A stretch of 64,000 nt of DNA. Source: Tubiluchus corallicola (lineage: Eukaryota; Animalia; Priapulida). The notes below the pieces were generated by a model. That model did no database searches, was not told where the DNA came from, and was given only the letters and a program-made list of their open reading frames with translations. The stretch covers positions 1-64,000 of the forward strand of contig JAQGDQ010000082.1 of the NCBI GenBank assembly GCA_030141605.1. The letters run 5' to 3'. Position numbers and translations under genes: made by a program. Positions 54,409 to 64,000 of the stretch are shown piece by piece. Positions within the stretch are counted from its first letter, which is position 1, and the number at the start of each line of letters is the position of its first letter.

Positions 54409-57400
54409 ATGGACACGGGAAGGAGCAACATCTTACTATTTTCTGCATTCGTTGTTTTTCTGTCAATTTGTACAGGTATGATAAAATGCTTATTTGTAGT
54501 GTATGACAAAATCACAACGTAGTTTGGTACTTTGAGTTACAATAACAAAAATGACAGTTAAGCCAGAAATTTAACTAATATACAGAAAATTTATTAAGGA
54601 AATTCTCACACATTAATTAGGCTTACTGCTAAGGCGTCATTTTAAAACTCATAAGAAAGCTGTCAGTAAATAGAATGTCATAGTTGTAAATATTGATTCA
54701 ATATTATTGAGAAAACAACTGTCATTTTTATTGTAACGCAAAGTACCAAACTTCAGTGTTCCTCTTTAACTCTAGTGTAGTTGTGTTAAAGTTACGCCAA
54801 TATTTTCCATTAAAGCAAAAGGGTGAATTTCCGTCGTTCTGAATGCAATATGCAGCTTTTGTAGCGAAAAACCTGCGACTACTTTCTGAGAGAATTTTAA
54901 AAATGTTTGTAATTTTATTGCTTTTTAATTTAATTAAATTTAACTTTCAATTACTTCAGTTCGTAGATATTATCTTAAGCCATAAAATATATGTAATTAA
55001 AATTAAATATGCAGACATAAATTACTACTAAAAGACTAAAAAGAGCTTAATTAATACAAGTACTACCGTTTGCCTGTACTGATGTGCTTATAATAAAATT
55101 CTCTGCCACTTCTCACTGACAAATAAAAATATTAGGCTTTAAATCTGTAAAAATGTTCCCTTATCGTTATGTAATGTATGTAATTATTAATTGGAAGCAA
55201 AGTTCGCAGATATCTAAGCAGCTTTTCAAGTTAAGTGAAGTTATAAAATTTTCGGATGTCCGCCGTAATACACGTATTTTTCAAATTCAGAGAATGGTTC
55301 TGAAAGTTACACGATGTAAAACTACATGAAAAATAATTTTCTGTCCCTATCGTAAGTCTTTAGTAATGTACTCTCTGTAACTGGCTATTTTAACCATTAT
55401 TTCTGTTAGCTTTATTATAATATTTTTGGTCTGTGGAGTAATTTATATGCGGGTGGGTAATACGTGAAAGCTATTAATACTATTATTGTAAGCGGTTGTA
55501 GAGGCGCTGTTGTGTTGATGCCCGCATACCTGTTGGGGCTCGTGATGTCCAAGCGCATCGTCTTGATTTATAAGCCACACATGATTATAACAGTTACTGA
55601 CTGTTGAATAGCGACTGCTATGACTTTGCAAAAAATTACGAAAGTCGCAAAGAGTAGACTTTACAAAGTGGCCTTATATCATTAGAGCCTGGTATGATTT
55701 TATTCATTAGGCCTATCTGTCTGGCAGCTCTGATCTTTATTTCACTTTATTTCAAAGCAGATTACACTATTATATTATGATAATGTCTACTTGTTCAGAA
55801 ATTAATTCAGAAAAATACATCAAACAAAATGTAAATTAAGCTTATAATTGTTGCAGTTTTGGTCGCTAGTCAGCAACATAATATTATTTCTTGGTGGTAT
55901 TTTAAAAGTTTGAGTTTAACAACCATTTTAGTTTGTGATTATTTAAAAACAAATTTTCTCTTTTTTCACGACTACAATTTTTTTCAGTAAAGAAAAGGTT
56001 ATAGGGACACTGCATATTTTTCGTCCTCCTTACTGTTACTGTCATGAACTTCAACTGCCGTTTGTCTCATTTTGTCTCATTTGCATTATTAAATTCATAT
56101 TCATTTAGTAATAGTAACAGTACAGCGCTTGTTAAATCTTATCGTCGTTTATAGTTTATTGACCACGGACAGCTATCTAGACGATCGCTTTGTCTTTCTC
56201 GAGCCGTTTAAAAATGTGCTTGTTTTATAGACCCGAAGAAAAATAATGATTATGTGCTATGCTATGCTGTGTTATGTTATTCTCAGCAACTTTGGCGTTA
56301 AATTCTGTTTGATTTTAATGTTCAAAAAAGTGGGAAAGCTAGACAATCCAAATGTGATTCGTGAAGTTGTGTGTGCATCTTTCTAATTTGATGTATTGGT
56401 ATCTAGATATATCAGATAGACACAAGGAACAGATGAATTAAAATATGAGCATAATTATTAAAAGTAATTTACATGGCTTTTACACAACGATATTTACAAT
56501 GACGACATGAAAGTAACACTGTAGTATTAAATCATATAAATACGCAAAACATATATCGATCTGTTACATTATAAAGCTACGTTTTAGTATAACCGAGAAG
56601 TAGATGATAATGAACCTGTCGACAAAAACTATGACATTATTTTTTCCTTTATGTTATTAAGTTAAAGCAATAATATGAAATAGTCAAGCATACCGATTAA
56701 CCTGTGACCGTGGATATCCTCGATAAGGAGCTGGGAGATAACATAGCTCTTGGTGGGCAACTGTGTTAACTCAAATCATAAAGGATTGGGTGCACATTAT
56801 AAAGTTTTTAGGGGAAGCCTATTAAAGTCAGAATAATTGGATAATTACATGGGCAATTGGGTACGATGCCAAATACTGCTTATCCAACAGGCTTGCATGT
56901 TCATTCATAAACCTGTTTGCCAGGGCAGATCCAGGCAAACAGGGTAAACACGTATAAATACTATAACTCAGGGTATGTCATACTGGCATATTTCTTTACA
57001 GTTATGTTATGCCATACTATATTACGTTATGTGATGTTATGTTATGTTTGTATCATAATTAACGTTTTCTTGTGTGGCTTTCAGTTTCTGCAATTAAATG
57101 TTACCAATGCAGTAGCGACCAACAACAAGATCGTCACAAAGATCTATGTGGTGCCTTTAAGGGCTTCAACAAAAGTGCTCACGCCTTAGTCGACTGCCTG
57201 GGACCAGAAGCAGTTACCCCGGGAAGATTTTGCGAAAAAGTGGTCTACGAAAGCCCAGGAAGTAATTACATTATCATTCATTTACACTGTATTTTTAAAT
57301 TCGTTGCAAAACATAGCAGTTATAAACATTAAACTAGACTTGTCCAGAAAATGTTTTAAAGCAGACCTGGCGGAGATAACTTAGAGGAAACCTGATTAAT

Positions 57401-58512
57401 TAACTACAGGTATTTTAGAAATCTAAGTGTAATATTAAGACATTCATATGTATACGTTATTCTATCGCATACGTGTTAATGTGCTTGAAACATTTTACCT
57501 TGTAGATGTGGTTTCTATTTCTATTTGTATTGTGTGGTGAAGTATTGTGTTCTTTTTCTCTCGTACATACAATTTTTTTTCTCGCTATTCTATAGTTCCA
57601 TAAACAAAGTAACATTCACTGCATATTTGTCCAAAAATCAACTGCAGTTTCTTGGCTAATATTTTAAGACATTTTAAGGTGGTCATTTGCTTGCCTGCTT
57701 GGTCTGTCAGTTGATTTTTTTCTTACACGCCTGTTTTCCTTGCCTTACTCTTCTTTGTTCGTTGGCTACTAGCCTTACTAGTTGTTTGTTTGTTTGTTGT
57801 TGCTTTTTTTCTTCATTCGTCCTTTCATCTTTCTTTTGTTCCTTCTTTTCTTCTTTCCTTTCTTTTCTCATCTTTGTTCCTTTCTTCACTCCTTCATTGT
57901 TTATCTCTGCCTATTTTATTTTTAATTTCTTTTCCTTTTTTCCTTTTCGATTTCTTTTTTCCTTCTTTTCCCATTCCTTCTTCCCACCTTCCCTTTGTCT
58001 TTCAATTCATTTGTCTTTTTTTGTTTTCTTCTTTTTCCCTTTTTTCTCTCTTTGTGTTCTTCTTTTTTCTCCATTGTTTTCTTACTGATATCGAGTCACT
58101 CACATTCCATATTTCCGTGGCTTAGAATCTGAATTTTCATACGCTGCCCAAATATTATTAATAACAGAAGTAAGGTTATGTGTAAGAATGCCTGAGGAAT
58201 GCTGGTATCACCGTGAACATTCCTTGCAACAGATTTACTGCATATCAAATTTTCCTAACCTTTTTTCAACACTCGATGTTTTGTTTTCCAGCATGGGGCG
58301 TGTGGAGAACAGTACATAGGAGATGCGCTTCACAATCAAACTATGGGGTTTCATGGGGTTGTTATTGGTGGTATGATACAAATGGTGTTTATACAGAAGT
58401 ATGCTATTGTAACCAAGATGGTTGTAACACCTCGTCGCAAATTAGTGTTCAGACTCTGATTTTGTGTTTATCAGTGTTGTCATTGCCTATAGTTTACTAC
58501 GTTTGGCAGTAG
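54409..58512 (+). CDS. bou: GPI-anchored Ly6/three-finger protein D, boudin-like, 154 aa; exons 54409-54475, 57085-57261, 58292-58512
   Basis: IKCYQCSSDQQQDRHKDLCGAFKGFNKSAH..VDC...PGRFCEKVV..SPG / TWGVWRTVHRRCAS...CYWWYDTNGVYTEVCYCNQDGCN closely follows the boudin pattern as recalled. It has a signal peptide and a GPI-type tail. Confidence 0.85.
57760..58082. repeat. Pyrimidine-rich low-complexity (TTTC/TTCT) tract in intron 2 of Ly6 gene D
   Basis: Directly visible; source of the spurious F/S/L-rich ORFs. Confidence 0.9.
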
Positions 58513-59907
58513 TGGAATTATAGTGTTTCTACGTAGTCTCATCCAGAACACAATTTTCCTCAAACAGTGACATCAGTTTCTTCAGTATTTTATCTTCAGT
58601 GTCAATCTAACAAGTAGATGCTCAGAAATATTGACAAGTTTCTTCGGTAAGAGAGAATACTGTGTTTAATCGATTTTCACTAATCTATTGTAATATGTTT
58701 TTATTTGTTGTAATATAAGTTTTGAGTAACTCCGTTTTTAATCTTATGGGTACCTTCGGCCATATTTAGAGTCTATATGTGACTAACTTTTATTCAAACT
58801 GAAAAATGATGGCCTAAAATCTGTTCAACCCTTAACATGGCTGCTGTTCTTACCGCCCCCCGTGCGCCAATTCTGCCGTTGACATAGTAGTGACATTATG
58901 CTGTATTAAAATTTTGTAAAAGCAGCATTATTGTCAAATATCATATTAATTATACTTTTCAAGTGGAACTGTTGTACAGTATGACTATTTGTGTAAGCAT
59001 GTGCATGATATTTTTGTAGTAAACACTCTTGCTCGTGATTTTTTCTAAAATTTTATATTCAGAACGACGCACTTTCTATTTCTTATGCAGTATGTGATCA
59101 TCATTAAAAGGTTTCTCTTTTTTGCTACTACTCACCAGAGGACTGATGCATTGCTTTTAATTCCAGAAAATAGTTTACATTTTGGCAACTCACTCATTTG
59201 TGGATATTATCTTACTGTTTTTAATGTATATAATATTTGACTGTGTTAAATATATTTTACGATTATAGTAATTGAGCTAAATTTCATAATTTCAGAAATA
59301 CTAGCCTAGGCTTAAAGTGTACATTTGTATAAAACGAGATTATAATTCATTTAATCTTTGAAAACTAGAATTGCTTATTAGCTCAGTTTTGTCAATTTTG
59401 TTTCAGTAGTTTCACATTTTCTGCATTGCTGTAATCAAATTAACTAGCTACGATTGCGTGTTGCTTTTTACTTTTTATTCAGTATACAGTAACTTATAAC
59501 TGATGTACAGCAGTTTTTAATAAATTCATTTTTACATAAAAGATTATTTGATACATATTTGTGTATTTAGTAAGATGCACCGTTTGCGTTGTAAAATATT
59601 AAGAACAATAAAGTAAGTTTGACAAAAAATACTTGGAATCTACGATTCGCAAATTTCAGTTCAAGATCATTAAAGCAAACACCTTTATAAAATTAACAAG
59701 TATCACACACAGTTGAAGTTGCATAATTTTTTTCAATGCACCCACTTTATTCGGTGCAACAAAGCAACGTTTTTAAGACGTTACAATAGGCCTATGTGTC
59801 ATCTAGAAGCCATGGCTCTATATTACAGTCAAAAAGTTGACATATTGTGTTGATACCAGTTACTAATTTTGAAAGACAATGAGTAGCGTATAGTCTGCTG
59901 CAATCAT

Positions 59908-62900
59908 TCATTGAGGCACAATGTGTCCCTCAATCCAATTTATGTACTTAGATATTTGTGTATAAACGCCAGGTTTGAGTTGTTGTCCGCAGCCCTGACC
60001 CCAAGAATTGATACCGACGGCAGTCCACTTCTGCTGAACCTTGCAGGACAAAGGACCTCCACGATCACCCTATACGAATACATAAGAGAAATTCAATACA
60101 ATAGTACTTAGCCAATGATTGGAGTAATATATGTGGCCTAAAGACTGTTCAAAACTTTGGCAATGTGTGCTATATCCTATGATGAATTAAGACAAATTGG
60201 TTTAATACACGAAAGAGCCAGCCTCTAGGAATCAACATGGTATTTATTAAGCGCAGGCGATCGCTTCGAAAGCAGCTGACATCATCAATGCTAGAAATCA
60301 AGTCAAAACAACTAATCTTTACATTTATGACACCACAAGCGAAGGCACAAAATCTGATGTATAAGATACAATTTTTTACGCTTTCTTTACAGAATCTCTA
60401 AGTACTTACACTTGCATTCTGACAATTTAAATTTCACTCTTGATTTTTGTAACGATATTTTGTGCCTTGGTTTGTAGTGTTATTGATGTATTGATTATTT
60501 GTTTTGGCATGATTTCTAGCATTGATAATGACAGTTGTTGTCGAAACGATTTTCTGCGCTTAATAAACACCAAATTATTTTAATACATAAGTGTATAGTA
60601 TGCTTAGTTAACAGCAAATTATAACTTTAGTATTAAAAATTATTGTCAATTACCTCAAGAGCCCAAATGGCAATTTGGTGACTGAGTCTTGTAGAATTTT
60701 AGTGGCAACAAACTTGAATAATATTCTACTGTAGCGGTTTTATTTATACCTATAGATCACGCTTTTCCCTATTATATAGGTATGCAGCAAATTTACGCCT
60801 CTGCTTCCAAGTCAGCACGGTCGGCGAAGAAAATTTAACTTAATTTATTTTAGATCACACCCCGAACATAATTAAAAACAAGTGTTCATATAAAAAATCA
60901 TCAAATCAATGATGTGGGGGAGACGATCAGAGGCTAAATTACCTGTTTATAAGCACCTATCAAAAAGTAAAAATGTTCTTATATCTAAGGAATTTAATAT
61001 AATTTTAAAAGGTTTGTGGTCCGCGCTGTTACAAGTGGAAATCCATTTACGTGTGTGGGTTAGCTATTCCAGATCAACATGATTAAATGGCGAAAAATGG
61101 CACGAAAAACTTTAATGTAGACAAAAAATGTCGTTTACTCAGTAAGTGTTTACCACAAGATGAACGTCATTGGTCAGTTAGCTGTGAAAAAATTGAAATT
61201 AAATTAGTGTGAGACTTGTGAATTATGAAACATTCTACATTTCGTCAAAAACAGGTAAAAGAGATTAAATTCCCATCTTGTTCTTTAACAATGCAGTTGC
61301 AATAAAAAAGTAAAAAGGCAAGAAAGTGCAAATAGAACAATGCTAAATGAACTAGAGTCTATAATAGATAGCTTCCACCCATTCAAGTGAAACGTTGACC
61401 AAGATAGACGACACAATTGTTCTTGTTTAATATCTTGACTATGTCCACAACAACAACGATGACGACGGCGTGACAGGAATGGGACCAAAAATATATTATC
61501 ATACATTTAGTATACTTACGGTGCACGCATCATGATAACCATCCTCATAGCCAGCACATATCATGTTAGTAGTTACCCTTCCATTGTAATAGCATACGCC
61601 ATTGCAAGTTGGTTGAGAAATATACGGAACAAACGCCTGGTTTAAATAATTGTCATTCCCGGTTTCTGAAGCACGAAGAAAATTGGAAATGAGTTATTTT
61701 TATCCGTACTGACATATGACCAGAATAATGTACATTTCGTACGTTAGTCGTAATTACTACATGTCTAACTTAGAATGATTACTTACGTTCTTCTTAAAGA
61801 AAATTTGTCATAACATTTTTTGAAGTAAAATTTGGTAGAATAAACGCTGGGATATCTTTTGATCAGAATTAAGGCGGTAATGTAATTTGGTGTGTTGCCC
61901 TGTTTGTTTTATTTGTAATTTAGAATTTATATTAGTATTTATTAGTATTTACTTTAGTACACCAGTACCATAAAATTATAGTGAAATTATATAATAAAAT
62001 GCAAATAAACATGTAAGTGTTAAAAACAAGGTACTGATGTGTAAAATAACTAATAAATGAAGTTGGCCTAAAATTATAAAAACACAATCGCATTGTAAGC
62101 ATTTAACATCAAGGAGGTATATCTAACATTGGATATGTTAAAAACGTCATTTACAATACAAGCTATACTATATTCTAAACGACGCAACTGGCTAAATACA
62201 TTTCTCCTAGGGACCACTTTCAAATGCGGGATGTAATTTGGTCACATATAATAAACCGTGGATGTAGAAACGATAATAGAAAAATTTCGAGTAAAAATAT
62301 TATAAGCAGCTTGAAGTTTACAGATGGTTGCCAGAAGCTTACCCAAAGTGAACTATCATAACGGTTAGTACAAAAAAGATATAAATAGAATGAATTTAAC
62401 TTTGGTGAAACAAAACTAAAATTTACTTTGCAACACATTACAGCGAATATTATCTAAGTTGATTAGAAATATCAGTACCATCACGGTAATCAGACAGCAA
62501 GTGGTGACCCATGTATTTTTCCTTAGTGCTAATTTCGACCATTTCGCCACAAGCAACACCTTACCCGGATTAACATCACGCATATTGTCAGGTAAAAGTA
62601 CATACATTAGGTTTCCAAGCATTTTACACATATACCGTGAGGATATAGCTAACATAATTCAAATAATAAAATGTGATGTAATCTTTTACTCTCATAGATG
62701 GCACCACATAATATCATTTGACTCGGCTTTATCAATGTTTACGTCATTCTATGATGTGGAGCAAAAATAGTCAAAAATTTAATATCTGACACCAAATTTT
62801 AAAATTACGTTACCTTACGTTTTAAGGGAGCTAAAAAACCAATTAAAATTGTTTAGTTGTAATTGGTTATGATTAGTGTTCTTTTAGTATGTTAGTGTAA

Positions 62901-63537
62901 CCGTACTATGTAAACAGCATCATTCATAAATTATAAATAAAATAAACTATAGGTAGTTTATTTCATTTATAATTAATCAAAAGGCAGATTGATGGTACCT
63001 TAGCTAGTACAGCTTATTGAGGCTATTAACCTTTTTTCATGTCTAGATTTGAAATCAATACATTATTTTGTATAGTAAATTTTCTGAAATTTCTGTTAGA
63101 TTGGATATAGTGACAATAATTTAGCTCTTGTATTACAAATGCGAATTTTTTTATCGTTTATGAAACTACGTACTTTCAAATTATACTTATAAGCGTTACA
63201 TTAATTATTATTTAGTTGTATTAGTAGTTATTAATGCAAACAAAACCGCTGAAGCACTGTTTTTTGCCTACCTAGAGTGACTCCCCATCCCGTTACGTAG
63301 CAACCGTGATTTTCGGTCAATTCTTGGTTCTGCTGAGGTAAACAGACTGTAGTGATGTAGTCGTCTGGAGTAAAGGGGTAAGTCAGCCACACCAAAGCGA
63401 TGTCATTATCAAATGTGGCAGAATTAAACTCAGGATGTATGACGACGCGTTCCACGTATCTTACCACTTCCGTGTCATCGTCCAGGTCCTTCCTGTGCTT
63501 GCCTCCATGGGCTGACCACATGCTCGGGTCACTATAC
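59908..63537 (-). CDS. Trypsin-family (S1A) serine protease homolog, 3' exons 63537-63272, 61665-61520, 60069-59908; catalytic Ser replaced by Arg; 5' part not found in the window
   Basis: VERVVIHPEFNSATFDNDIALV...TVCLP...CYVTGWGVTL / ETG...LNQAFVPYISQPTCN...NMICAGYEDGYHDACT / GDRGGPLSC...VGINSWGQGCG...PGVYTQISKYINWIE. GT-AG boundaries with consistent phases. Confidence 0.9.
60243..60567. mobile_element. Inverted pair of Penelope-like pLTR remnants, each with a decayed minimal hammerhead
   Basis: Imperfect inverted arms longer than 100 bp (TTTATTAAGCGCAG...CTGCGCTTAATAAA). The arm consensus is GCA-TTGATGA-T-stem-GAAAC-GATC-GTC-TGC. Confidence 0.6.
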
Positions 63538-64000
63538 CTGAAATTTTTATAGAGAATAATTAAGTTATCAAAAAGTCCAAGCATGTACACAGACAGCAAC
63601 TCGCAGTCTGTGCATAGCTTACTAACATTCTAGTCTTTCTGTTCTGCATTGGTCGTACAGAAGCATACAATTGACTCCTTCGGGACCGCACCGTTCAAAA
63701 TAGGTGATATATGATTTTTCTGCTACTGCATGAGCGCAGACATAATTAAATGATCACAAATTAGGTACTGTTCTATTCGGGAGAATTTCGGCAATCCAAT
63801 CATGCTATGTGTTTAAACATTTATAAGTGATTTAATTGCAAAAGAATAAGGAAAACACGCCCTTTTCAGGCATTCTAACTTAGACTATTGAGTAGCTTAG
63901 TCTGGTGTACACTTGCGTGGTCATACACACTATTTTATCGACTGCCTGCTTGCTACAGCTCAAGAGAACCGTCTGCTGTGCAGAGTTCCAGGAAAAGCCG

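Noticed and set aside
57687-58125. Hydrophobic F/S/L-rich ORFs resembling membrane proteins
   Set aside because: Low-complexity pyrimidine tract inside an intron.

Overview
AT-rich, intron-containing animal genomic DNA, not prokaryotic. It is most likely a protostome invertebrate; the repeats look lophotrochozoan/annelid-like, which is an inference. Genes were rebuilt by hand from GT-AG exon chains with consistent phases: 5' part of SCAP (-, runs off the left edge); an intronless group-A bHLH gene (-); MRPS24 (-) head-to-head with SAR1 (+); four three-exon GPI-anchored Ly6/three-finger genes (one boudin-like, three crooked-like); and the 3' part of a trypsin-fold gene (-) whose catalytic motif reads GDRGGP instead of GDSGGP. 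The strongest unusual signal is in SAR1: two tandem 120-nt, phase 1-1 copies of the P-loop/switch I exon. They differ only synonymously across the core motif, pointing to mutually exclusive splicing of two Sar1 GTPase isoforms. Repeats include a near-intact L2/CR1-group LINE, a young 5'-truncated RTE LINE with a 12-bp TSD, tRNA-derived SINEs, MITEs, a Gypsy gag relic, decayed hammerhead-like motifs and microsatellites. Family calls come from recalled motifs; no database search was run.
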